Source: Histomonas meleagridis 2922-C6/04-290x
Taxonomy: Eukaryota > Protista > Parabasalia
DNA length: 64,000 nucleotides
Reading direction: 5' to 3'
Assembly (NCBI GenBank): GCA_020184695.1
Contig: JAANOX010000062.1
Span: forward strand, 74,189-138,188
Position numbers and translations under genes: made by a program
The notes under the pieces: generated by a model
Seen by the model: only the letters and a program-made list of their open reading frames with translations
What the model was told of the DNA's origin: nothing
The model's database searches: none
In this document: positions 24,786 through 35,601 of the stretch, piece by piece
Layout: every line of letters begins with the position of its first letter
Numbering within the stretch: position 1 is the stretch's first letter

Positions 24786-25265
24786 TTAGAACATTGATGT
24801 TTTGTGCATTGCAGCCACAAATTCATCGTAAGAAATTAAGCCATCATTGTTTTTATCAGCTTCCATTAAAATGTCTTTAAGTTCTTCGTCGGTTAATTGT
24901 TCTCCTAATTCGTTACTTATTCTTTTTAGATCTTCAAAACAAATCCCATTAGCATTATCTCCACAAAAAAGATGAAATGCATGTTGAATTTCTTCCTCGG
25001 GATCGTTTTCATTCTTTTTTGTAAGCATTTTCAGAAAAGTCTGAAAATTTATTGCTTCTAAATCTTCTTCACCTAAATCTTGTATCATATGCAAAATTTC
25101 TTTTTTGGTTGGTTCAAAGCCAAGAGATCTTAACGCAATTCTAATATCTTCAATAGAAATTACTCCATCTTTATCAAAATCCAATTGTTTAAATGTTTCT
25201 TCAATTTCAACTCTTTGCTCATCTGTTATTTCGTCTTTTTCTTTGTTTCTACCTGTTTTGGTCAA
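24786..25265 (-). CDS. Centrin (EF-hand protein)
   Basis: EITDEQRVEIEETF, DFDKDGVIS, IALRSLGFEPTKKEI, LKRISNELGEQLTDEELKDILMEADKNNDGLISYDEF. Confidence 0.9.
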   Translation of the reverse strand: MTKTGRNKEKDEITDEQRVEIEETFKQLDFDKDGVISIEDIRIALRSLGFEPTKKEILHMIQDLGEEDLEAINFQTFLKMLTKKNENDPEEEIQHAFHLFCGDNANGICFEDLKRISNELGEQLTDEELKDILMEADKNNDGLISYDEFVAAMHKTSMF

Positions 25266-25346
25266 AATTATTTTCTTTTTTAGAACGTTAATTATGATGT
25301 ATATTATTCATTATTCATTAACTATATCATTTTTTCATTAATGTCT

Positions 25347-25419
25347 GCTTTGGTAGCTCAATCGGCAGAGCGCAGGTCTCATAATCCTGAGGTCGTGGGT
25401 TCGAGCCCCATCCAAAGCA
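25347..25419 (+). tRNA. tRNA-Met (CAT), elongator type
   Basis: Cloverleaf: acceptor GCTTTGG/CCAAAGC, D-arm GCTC/GAGC, anticodon stem CAGGT/TCCTG with T31:T39 around CT-CAT-AA, T-arm GTGGG-TTCGAGC-CCCAT; T-runs at 25430-25443 as Pol III terminator. Confidence 0.96.
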
Positions 25420-28400
25420 AAATGGATCATTTTTTGTTTTTTTCCCCTGAAAATGCAGCTACGTGCTAGCAGGAAGGAAACAGAAGTCCTCAGCCAGGAG
25501 GATACGAATTTTTACATCCACGAGATCGATTATCATCTAATGATTCAGAAGATCTTTTGACTTTACCTACCCCAGTTGACTCTACTCCTTCTCCCGCACA
25601 TTCTACACCCTTAGGAGCTTCGATATCTCCAAAACTTAGCCCCGAAGCTTTGGAAGAAGACATCATCTACGCCGCTGATAAAACCGCTTTTGACCATCTC
25701 AAAAACCTTCCAAATGTGAGACTATTCAAAGGACTTTTTCTTAGAAAACCGGAAATTTCTGACCCTGATCTTATAAATTCTGAAGATTCCGATGATTCCT
25801 CTGAATTTTCTTTTGAGGAGACGGATAGCAGCGAGATTCAGCCACAAAACGATCAATTTTCAGAATCTACAGATAAATTTCTTAGAAATCCAGAAGACGA
25901 CGACGATGAAAACCCGATTCAATTTAATGTTAACATTCAGACAGTCGATAAAGTCAATGAACAAGAAGATATTTCAAATAAAGTTATTAACAAGCTCAAA
26001 ACAATCACAGATACCAAACAACTTAAAGAATACATTGATACGCTCAACCAATCTAATTCAGCTTATGATTCTGAGGAACTGGTTCCCACAACCTTATATT
26101 TATTGTTGTAAATATCATAACTGCAATTATGGAACCAACCATCACCAACAAATTGATTCACATTTATTCAATACTCATCAAGAACAATATCAAAAACACA
26201 ATTGTCTATCATCAGAAATCATTGGATATTTATTAGAAAAAGATACTGAGTGGTATGAATATGATCATACAAATAATACTTATAACAAATTAGGACAAAT
26301 AAATATTTGTTTAATAAATAACTGTAATTATGTTACAACCAAAACAGGATCTGCATATGATCACTATAAAAAGCAACATAAAACCTACCTCAAATGGCGG
26401 AAAGATGCAGGCCCTTTTTGGGGGTTAATTATGAGTTATGTTAAAGAAAATACTACATTACCTACAATTTATGAATTATTAAGACCTAGAGATTGTTTTA
26501 AATGTACAATATGTGGAACAATAGTTAGTTCAGTCCAAGCTATGAGACTTCATAATTCCCAAACTCATATCAATTCAAGACAAACAATAAGAGGTTCTAG
26601 ACCAAATAATATCCAAGAAATTCAAATAATCAATGGTTCACTACTAAAAGAAATTGAAATCGCAAATAGCCAAAATTATAAAGATTCAGAAGATAGCTCT
26701 ATTGAAAAACAACAAAGTGAATCTTCTTCAGATAATGAGCATATAACTATAAATCAAGAAGAGACTAAAGACATAACAGAAACTAGTCAACAAGAATCAG
26801 AAACTCAAGAAGTCGAAGAATTGCATCCATTAAACATCGAAACTCAAAACAGGGAAGAATCTAATTCATCAGTAATTGAAGAAGAAAAACAACTAAATCA
26901 TAATGCCAAAAACACAGTTAAAATGTTAAACAATAACCAACTTCAATTTTATAATGACAAATGTAACAAATGGAGAAATAAATATCGAAATCAAAACGTT
27001 AGTTTCAAAAGATTAAACAAAGCACAGCGAAAATCTATTCAGCCGAAAATCAATGAATTATTTAAAAATATTATTATCAAAGAAGCTAAATTCTTATTAG
27101 ACAAAGATAACATTACATGGAACATTATGGATGGATTTTTAATTAAAACAACACATAGAATTCAAAAGCTATTAACAAATACATTCCCCAATCTCAATCA
27201 AATAAATATTAAATTCGATGAGAAACAAATCATAAGAAAAGAAAAACTATACTTATATCAAAATAAAATTATTGAAATCGATAAAATTATTGATTACATT
27301 TATAAAATTATAGATATTATTAATGCACATCAAGAAGATTTAAACAATAACCAAAACGCATTAAATGCTATTGCTAATATTAAAGAAGGTTTAATCAAAT
27401 CATTAAGTAAATTTAGTGAAGATGATTTAAAAAACATATTTAATATTCGATCAGTTGAAGATATAGATAATTTAATTAATGAAGACGAAGAACATCGTGA
27501 AGAAAGATTTAAATGGATTAGAACAATACTTAGAAATTATATTGATAAATTAAACCCAAATGATATAAAAGGAAGTGAAAAACTACGTAAATTTTATGAT
27601 GAAGATCCTAAAAGATGTATCCGATGGAAACTTTTAGCCAATACAACACCTTCATGTAATATACCAATCGAACAACTTGAAAAACATTTTAATAATGAAT
27701 GGGCTAATAAAAGAACATATTATAGAAGATGATACATGGTATCTACCTAAACTTTTATCTAATGAAGACAACAAATTTATTATTGATTATATTACAGATG
27801 AAAAGAATATCATTAATACAATTAAAATTAAAGACAATTTATCTGCATGTGGTCCAGATGGAATTCCTAATTCTGTTTGGAAAAGTAATCCAAAAATACA
27901 GCAATTTTTATTATCTCTAATTATTAAAAACATTATTAAATTTCAAAAAATACCAGAACAATGGAAACAATCCAAAACTATTTTAATATCTTTAACAATA
28001 ATATAATCGAAATTATTCATTCTATGTATCAAAATATTTCCACAAACATTGTTATCAATGGAATCAAATCAAATGATATTAGAATAAGAAGAGGAGTTAG
28101 ACAAGGATGCCCTCTATCACCCCTTTTATTTAATCTTTGTCTCGAACCTCTAATTAGAAAGATTAATGAAGAACGAAAAGGAACAGATATCTATATTCAA
28201 GAATTAAATGATAATATTAACATGGGAATCCAAGTATATGCAGATGATGTAATGTTAATTTCAGATGAACGAGAAAAAATGGAAGAATTAATTAATACTA
28301 CAACAAAATATTGTAATTATGCTAAAATTCAATTAGCACCACAAAAATGCCAATCATTTTCATACATTTTAGATGGTAATCGTAGAATTCCTTTACAAGA

Positions 28401-30268
28401 ACCTTTGATTATAAATAATGTCCCAATCCAAAATAATGATGTTTTAGCTAATATTCAATATCTAGGTTCAGCAATTTCAGTTACTAAAAGACAACGTATG
28501 AAATTCGCAGATCGAACTATTAATGAAGTTATAAGGAAAATCGAATTAATTGGTGAATCAAAACTAAGATTAAATCAAAAATTAGATGCTCTTAAACGAT
28601 TTATAATTCCACAATTAGATTTTATTATGATAAATGGACAAATTAGTCTTACAAAACTTAAACACTTAGATCAAATAATTCGAAACTTAATTAATAATCA
28701 TATCAAAAGCAATAGTACACCTAAACATTTCTTTTATTGTAATTGGAAAGATGGAGGACTTGGAATTCCTTCTCTTAAAGAAAGATATCTCTATTTACAA
28801 ATTAAAACTTATTTATCTTTATTTTACTCGAAAAATGAAACAGTTAAACACTTCATACAACAAATGGCAGAAGATGAAATTAATTTTAGAAGAATAATTA
28901 TCTCAGAAGTTCCTCAAAGATTTAACAATATCACTGAATATGAAAACCAAATAGCACAAGAATCAGAGAATAAAACTAATAATTTATTCATTCGAGCAAT
29001 CGATGCATCACGTAAATTAAATATAGGTATCAACTTTAATAATAACTCTCTTTCCATGAAGAATCTTGATAATGATGAAATTATTGAATGTAACTCGATC
29101 AATAATTTTTAACAGATCGTTAATTACGTTACTTCAAAAACGTCATCTTAATAAACTTCAAGAATTTAAACTTCATGGTCACTCTTTTTTTACTCTTGAA
29201 AACTCTAAATACTCTAACTCTTTTTTCGGTACCTATACAAGAAAAACTTCAGATAGTATTCAACGTTTTTGTATCAATGCAAGATGTAATAACTTACCTA
29301 CTAAGGAAATTTTAAGTAAAAGAATCCAAATACGTCCAAAAATTTGCCCATATTGTAGAAACCAAAACGAGATTGAATCACTGAAACATATTCTAAATCA
29401 TTGTGTTCCTCAATACTCCAAATATACTCGAAGACACAATGATGTTGGTGAAATTATTATTAAATCTATCGAAAAATCAAATAAATCTAAATTTATTTTC
29501 CATAGATCACAAGAAGTTAAAAATTAATGACTTTCATTTTACCTGATAGATCTAAAAAGACTTAAACCAGACATATGGTATTTGGATGACAAAACAGGTA
29601 ATCTTAATATAATCGAAATAACTATACCTTATGGTGAAATCTCGAACATTAACACATTCCCAGACGAAGAGATTTCCAACTCACTAAATTATAGTCGTTA
29701 CATTAAAAAAATAAGAAAATATGAAACTTTGATTCAAGATATTAATGACACTAAAAAAATTAAAGTTAAATACTATATCATTGTTATTTCATCTATCGGA
29801 GCAATACCATTTCGAAACTTATTCGGATATCTTAAAAATTATGTAATAATAATGAAATCATTACTTCAGAAACATGTAAAAGATGCAGTGAATGTACATT
29901 AATTCATTCTATGAAAATTTTCTGGAATGCTATCAACCCACAACCAAGGAATCGTAACGTGAATGAAGGTAGAGGCGTCCAGACCGATGAAAGTGAAGGC
30001 GAAGAATCATTAACATCAACAGAAATTGAAGACAGTATCGAAGAAGAAAGCTTTCAAGGAGAAATCCCGAATAACCAAACAGACGTGGAAGAAGAAGAGA
30101 AATCAGAAGAGGTACATCAAGAAATAAGCCAACCGAAAAGTCCCAGAAAACGAAGAAGGAAAAGAAGTCGAAGAAAACATAGTAATCTCGTTCCTGCGGA
30201 AGGAAGAGTTGCTAACGAATAGAAGAAAACATAATAACCTCGAAGGATCATATAAATAAATAAATAAA
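25403..30268 (+). mobile_element. RLE-type non-LTR retrotransposon (R2/NeSL/Utopia-like superfamily) inserted in the tRNA-Met T-loop; defective copy
   Basis: Three C2H2 fingers; RT motifs SACGPDGIP, RRGVRQGCPLSPLLFNLCLEPL, YADD, YLG, KDGGLGI; CPYC...ESLKHILNHC; RHNDV; LKPDIWY...IIEITIPY; RKYETL; (TAAA)4 tail at 30253-30268; flanking 47-nt direct repeat. Confidence 0.93.
25453..30222 (+). pseudogene. Single reconstructed retrotransposon ORF (ZnF-RT-CCHC-RLE) broken by several frameshifts and an internal RT deletion
   Basis: ORF pieces 25557-26111, 25792-27732, 27677-28006, 27961-29112, 29066-29527, 29582-29902 and 29911-30222 join at homopolymer slips; AAAATG at 25450-25455 is the likely start. 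Confidence 0.8.
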
Positions 30269-30315
30269 GAGCCCCATCCAAAGCAAAAACGATTACTTTT
30301 TGTTTTTTTCTCCTG
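30269..30315 (+). repeat. Downstream copy of the tRNA-Met 3' end plus trailer (direct repeat of 25403-25449)
   Basis: GAGCCCCATCCAAAGCAAAA identical (20 nt), then ACGATTACTTTTTGTTTTTTTCTCCTG vs TGGATCATTTTTTGTTTTTTTCCCCTG; 42/47 identical by manual alignment. Confidence 0.93.
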
Positions 30316-30605
30316 TGAGTCTCTGCCAATTATCATCAAAATTTTATCAAGATCTTTCGAAATTAACCAAACCAATAGACTCTGCTCCCCCATTAAATTA
30401 AATTTGAAAATAATTTTTTTATGCTTCAAAAAATATAAACGTATCTTTAAGAATTATCCTGAGATCCTCCGCTTTTTAGTTGAAAAGGAAAAATATACAT
30501 TTTTAATAACATTAATTCATTAAAGTATCTAACTATTTCGATATGATTTTGTAGCTGATATTATACCAAGATAATTTTTTTTCTATTCTTCATATAAAAA
30601 AAAAT

Positions 30606-31565
30606 TCATTTTTTCTCAATTTTTGGAAGAGGCTTTTGATGTTTTCTCTCATTCCATCCCATTAATGCGGCCAATTTTGTAGCCCAGCTTCCAACTGACT
30701 TTTCCATCATTATTGTATTATATGGATATGGAGAAATCGACACAACAAGTTTCTCTCCAATTTGAAATGGCCTATGCCCAAGTCCATCAAATGTTACCCA
30801 CGCACGTTGGCTTGTTTGATGTCCCGCCTTTTTTGATGCGAGCGATATCGTTAATTCGGCATGTCGCGGGAATAATATTGGACGCGCAGAAAGCGATTGC
30901 GCACAAACTGGAGTCAGCATAAAAACGGGAAGGAGAGGATGAACTAATGCGCCACCGGCACTTTTGTTATATGCTGTAGAACCAGTAGCAGTAGCAATGA
31001 TAACACCATCTCCAATGATTTCTGAAAAACAAAAGCCGCATGATGAGCATTTAATTGTTAAAGATCCGGATAACGAATCACGATAAAGTGCTAAATCATT
31101 AAGAACATGGTAAGTTTCAACACCCTTAAGACTGTGATATTCAATAAGTAAACGACAACGTGGTAAAACATAACAATTGCCTCGAATTACTTGTGGAATA
31201 ACATCTCGATATGCTGAAAATTGGATGTCAGAAATAAATCCTTGACGACGTGTCGTAAGAGGAAGAATGGGAGGAGTCTTTTTGTCTTGGAACAAAGTGG
31301 ATATTTTAAGATTGAGACCATCAGTTCCTACTAAAATAAGAAAATCTGCTGACTTATATTCACCTACTTCTACACGAAGGCCATTGCTTTCAAGGTATTT
31401 GATAAGAGAATCAATTTGGTCTGATTCTAAATTTTCAAGACGATCTTGAACATATAAATGAACTGAACTTGGTTCATGCTCCCAATCTAAGTTTTTGATT
31501 TCTATTATTCTATGGATAAATGAAGATTCTTCCCATTCTTTCTCTAATTTTGGGTTTTGCTTCAT
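30606..31565 (-). CDS. NAD(+) kinase
   Basis: ILVGTDG (GGDG variant), VLNDL, GDGVIIATATGSTAYNKSAGGALVHP, LTPVCAQSLSARP, TFDG. Confidence 0.92.
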   Translation of the reverse strand: MKQNPKLEKEWEESSFIHRIIEIKNLDWEHEPSSVHLYVQDRLENLESDQIDSLIKYLESNGLRVEVGEYKSADFLILVGTDGLNLKISTLFQDKKTPPILPLTTRRQGFISDIQFSAYRDVIPQVIRGNCYVLPRCRLLIEYHSLKGVETYHVLNDLALYRDSLSGSLTIKCSSCGFCFSEIIGDGVIIATATGSTAYNKSAGGALVHPLLPVFMLTPVCAQSLSARPILFPRHAELTISLASKKAGHQTSQRAWVTFDGLGHRPFQIGEKLVVSISPYPYNTIMMEKSVGSWATKLAALMGWNERKHQKPLPKIEKK

Positions 31566-31804
31566 TTTAAAGACATTAAATTTTGAATGTATTCAATTTT
31601 TGTAAAATTTATGCATTTTTAAATTGGATTTTTTGCGTTTTGTTTTTCGAAAATATCTTGAAATAGTTTTATGAAAATAAAAAAGTTAATAATAAGAAGG
31701 GAACTTCTTTCGGGAAATCAAAAACTTTTTAATTTTTATTGGAGAATACAATAACTTGATGAAAATTCAAAAGTAAATTTATTTTTAACATACTTTATTG
31801 TCAA

Positions 31805-32245
31805 TTATTGTTGAGGAGCTTGGACAGTTGCAGCAATTTCATTGATCCGAGATAAAGCAGAAGGTGATTCAATCATTGAAAATGGTGTGTAGAAAGGGTC
31901 AAGAATTGCATCAAAGAGCACATCCTTGATTTTTTCACAAACTGACTTCATGAAGTTATCTTGAAGATTGACAACATGAAAAGTAAGAACAATGATTTTA
32001 TATCCTAATCCTGCTTTGTATCCCCAAATTTGAAATCTTTCAGAAGTTTGAATATTTCCAAGGTATCTATCTGAAAGCTTTGGTATCTTTCTTTGAGTTG
32101 GTTGATCAAAAAAATCAAGAGAACAAAACAATAATGAATCAATTTCATGTTCTTGCTTTTCCTCACATTTCTTTTCAATTAAGAGAGGGTTTCCATCAGG
32201 TCCAATAATTGCGACACAAGCAACTTGCATGTTTTGGGAATACAT
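31805..32245 (-). CDS. TRAPPC2L: TRAPP subunit, sedlin-like (TRAPPC2L)
   Basis: VACVAIIGPDGNPL, FCSLDFF, YLG...FQIWGY, KIIV, LFDAILDPFYTP. Confidence 0.8.
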   Translation of the reverse strand: MYSQNMQVACVAIIGPDGNPLLIEKKCEEKQEHEIDSLLFCSLDFFDQPTQRKIPKLSDRYLGNIQTSERFQIWGYKAGLGYKIIVLTFHVVNLQDNFMKSVCEKIKDVLFDAILDPFYTPFSMIESPSALSRINEIAATVQAPQQ

Positions 32246-32299
32246 TTCCCCAAAATATTCAATTAACCGCTTTTTACATAAAAAGTGTATAATTAGAAC

Positions 32300-32749
32300 A
32301 TGCGTTCAAACTCACAGAGAGATTATTACTATGATTCAAGATATGATTTTAAACAAGATAATCAAAGGCTTGTTGAAAGAGCAGAGAGTCAAGATCATTT
32401 TCATGGACATTCTCGTTATGATTCATATGATGATCGAAGAAGTAACGAAAGATACTCAGGACACACAAGTCAAAATTATCCTTCAAGGCCATTAAATAAC
32501 CGATATTCAGATAGCCAGTATAATTATAACCAAAGAGAAAGAACATTTGAACAACCAAGCTCACGAGAGAGAAGTCATATGGAGCGTTCGAGTTCTCGTG
32601 AACGAATTTCAATGGATTCGACAACAAGAAGGAGTCCTTTAATAGATGAAAAAAATATATGTGAGATCATTCAAGAAGAATATCTACATAATCCACCAAT
32701 AGAGATTAATGCAGCTCCATATTTTTCTTATCCAACTACATGGGACTGA
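32300..32749 (+). CDS. Arg/Ser/Tyr/Asp-rich low-complexity hypothetical protein
   Basis: 149-aa ORF divergent from TRAPPC2L, with RS/RE dipeptides. Confidence 0.5.
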   Translation: MRSNSQRDYYYDSRYDFKQDNQRLVERAESQDHFHGHSRYDSYDDRRSNERYSGHTSQNYPSRPLNNRYSDSQYNYNQRERTFEQPSSRERSHMERSSSRERISMDSTTRRSPLIDEKNICEIIQEEYLHNPPIEINAAPYFSYPTTWD

Positions 32750-32816
32750 ATTTATGTAAACATGATTTATTTTTGAAATGCTGTTTGGGGTGCCCTGAAA
32801 ATAGGCATAATTAAAA

Positions 32817-34982
32817 ATGGAAAAATTTGCGTATATTCTATCTTCAATTACACCTGTAGCTGACTCTGAACTTAGAGCAGTAACGAAAGTAACATATGAT
32901 GGGAAAGAATATTGGGCATGTGGAGATCGAAGCAATTATCTTCATATCTTCCAAAAATCGGACACAGGAAATGATTTTGAATGTTTAAATTCATTTCGTG
33001 CTCACAATGGTTGGATTTCATCCATAGCACAAATTGAACCATGTCAATGGTTTTCAGATGGTGCATTAATCACAGGTGGACATGATAATAAAGTTAAAGT
33101 ATGGGATCTTAAAACTCTTGTTACACCAACAACATCATTAATTCAACCAATTTGCACACTTTCACATGATGCACAAGTATGTTTTGTTTCCACAACACCA
33201 AATCACCTAATTATTTCATGTAGTTGGGATTCTACATGTCATGTTTGGTCCTCTCCATATACATGTATTACGTTAACACATGAACAATATGCGATTTGGA
33301 GTGCAACATCAATTCCTAACGGTTACATCACATTAGGCGCCGATAGAACGATACGTGTTTGGGATCTTAACGGCCGCCTGATTAATCGTCTAAATAATGT
33401 CCATTCTGATGTCCCACGTGCATGTCTTTATATTCCATCACGTAACATACTAGTGACAGCAGCAAATGATGGCACAATTAAAGAATGGCAATTAGATGGA
33501 ACCAATTTAACCATGGATTATACCATCACAGTTACGGACAAATTTTTATATTCACTTACACTTATTGATGATGAGACATATTTAACGACTAGTGAAGATC
33601 GTTGTGCATATATTGTATCAGGTGATCTTAAGAAAGTTGTTGAAGCAATTCCATTACCAGACTCCGTTTGGTCTGCCACTGTATTATCTAATAACGACAT
33701 AATTATTGCATGTGCTGATGGTTTTGTTCGTACATTTACAACGTCACAAGAACGTCGTTGTAACTTATCAACAGAAGAAACATATATTACACAACTTGAA
33801 GGATTAACATTTTCTAATCCCGAATTTGAACGTATTAATATTTTAGATTTACCAGATGTTAATAGTTTAACAACTGAATCATGTGTTCCAGGACAAGCGA
33901 TATTAGCACGTGATGGGGATAAAATGGTCATATATACATGGAGCACAGGCTATCAGCGATGGCTTAAAATAGGCACCGCTGTTAAACAAGAAGGTACATC
34001 ACGTAACAAAGTCTTTGATGAGAATGGTAAACAATGGGACTATTGTTTCGATGTACAAATGGAAGATGGCCGTGTTTTCCCATTATATTTAAATTATGAT
34101 ACAAATCCTTATACTGCAGCATATGAATTTATGGCGCGTCATGATTTAGATCGAACTTATTTAAATCAAATTGTACAATTCATTGAAGATCAACGTAAAT
34201 CGACTGTTATCGAAACAACGACGACAACGAATGAAAAGAATTCGATATTTCCAATGACTATTTTAAACATTTATAGTGAAATTTCGATTGCGCCAATTAT
34301 TCGTAAATTAAAATCATTAAATAATCATAGCCAATATATCGTTAAAGAAGAAGAATTTAATTTGTTGGAACAAAACGTAGTTACGACTGAAATGTTTAAA
34401 GTTATATATAACGTTGTTAAGTCATGGCCACCAAATGATTCATGGCCGATTTTGGATATATTAAGAGCACGAATTACAATCGATGGATGTAAAGATATAA
34501 TATTTCCAATTGAACTTGTCGATTTAATTAATTATTTCTCTTCTTTACCCGATTTAACAGAAAATTGCGTTTTGATGTTAATGAGAATCATCGCAAATAT
34601 GTTCAAAAGTTATTCACAAGAAGCGTTGAATTTAATTAATATCAAAAATGTGATTAATAAATATTTGATATATTTGGAGCAATTTACAAAAAGAACTCAA
34701 ATCGCTTATGCAATGGCTATGTTAAATTATTCGGAGTTTTTAAGTAACGCACAAAATGACGCAAAGGATTTGATGAATATGGTAATTTCTGCACTGGAAA
34801 TGAAGTTGGATAACGACGCAATCTATAGACTGATTTATGCCGCCGGAAATTGCTGCGTGTTCTCAAATGAGGCACTGAACGTGTTAAGACTAAGGCCTGA
34901 TTTGATAGATAATTTAATGGGAAGACAAATTAATGAACAACTGAAAGCTGCACTAAAAGAATTAATCGATCTCATTCAATAA
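32817..34982 (+). CDS. PLAA: PLAA/Doa1/Ufd3 homolog (WD40-PFU-PUL)
   Basis: WD repeats (TGGHDNKVKVWD, SCSWDSTCHVW); PFU signature GKQWDYCFDV...LYLNYDTNPYTAAYEF...YLNQIVQFI; helical PUL-like C-terminus with WP...WPILDILR. Confidence 0.9.
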   Translation: MEKFAYILSSITPVADSELRAVTKVTYDGKEYWACGDRSNYLHIFQKSDTGNDFECLNSFRAHNGWISSIAQIEPCQWFSDGALITGGHDNKVKVWDLKTLVTPTTSLIQPICTLSHDAQVCFVSTTPNHLIISCSWDSTCHVWSSPYTCITLTHEQYAIWSATSIPNGYITLGADRTIRVWDLNGRLINRLNNVHSDVPRACLYIPSRNILVTAANDGTIKEWQLDGTNLTMDYTITVTDKFLYSLTLIDDETYLTTSEDRCAYIVSGDLKKVVEAIPLPDSVWSATVLSNNDIIIACADGFVRTFTTSQERRCNLSTEETYITQLEGLTFSNPEFERINILDLPDVNSLTTESCVPGQAILARDGDKMVIYTWSTGYQRWLKIGTAVKQEGTSRNKVFDENGKQWDYCFDVQMEDGRVFPLYLNYDTNPYTAAYEFMARHDLDRTYLNQIVQFIEDQRKSTVIETTTTTNEKNSIFPMTILNIYSEISIAPIIRKLKSLNNHSQYIVKEEEFNLLEQNVVTTEMFKVIYNVVKSWPPNDSWPILDILRARITIDGCKDIIFPIELVDLINYFSSLPDLTENCVLMLMRIIANMFKSYSQEALNLINIKNVINKYLIYLEQFTKRTQIAYAMAMLNYSEFLSNAQNDAKDLMNMVISALEMKLDNDAIYRLIYAAGNCCVFSNEALNVLRLRPDLIDNLMGRQINEQLKAALKELIDLIQ

Positions 34983-35601
34983 ATAAAAAGTGAAAATTAA
35001 ATTTTTTTCATAAAAGTTTATACAACGCATTATTCAACATGTAGAAAATTCTTGTTTACATATTTTGAAATAACTTTTCATCTAATAGATTATTAATGCT
35101 GTTCAACAAAAGAATTTTCACATTTGAAATTTTTATCTAAAATTTAAAGAACATCCAAATAACATCAATCCCTGTTATTTCGCTTAACTCACAGTGAGTT
35201 AACTTTTATTTTCATGTGAATTTATTAGAAATCTCAGTCCAAAGCATTTCAACAACAGATTTAAATGATTGTATTATTAGTTATTTGATAATAAACATTA
35301 TATTTACACATTTTATATTCATGAAATCTTCGGAAAGTTTAATGTTTTGGATGTAATGCTATCTTTTCTCCACTAACAACAATATTGGTATTAACATGAA
35401 TTACGAAAAAGTTTAAAGAAATTATAAATATATTTATTGGTATTTTTCAAATAAAAATATAGTATCAAAATTCAAATTTTCAAAAGCTCAAAATAAATAG
35501 TGATTATAATCAATAATTATTAACTCATTTTCAGCTACATTTAAATGTTATCTTAAATAATTTTAATTTTTACATAAAAATTATTTTAAATTTTTATTTA
35601 C

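Noticed and set aside
25444-25530. HDV-like or hammerhead ribozyme at the element 5' end
   Set aside because: Only short hairpins (GTCCTC/GAGGAT; CCTG/CAGG) were found; no complete double pseudoknot or CUGANGA/GAAA core could be built by eye, and the region reads as coding. An Infernal/RNArobo search would settle it.
25557-26111. Separate gag-like ORF1 of the retrotransposon
   Set aside because: It joins the downstream zinc-finger frame through a one-base slip at GTTCCCA (~26083); RLE elements typically have a single ORF.
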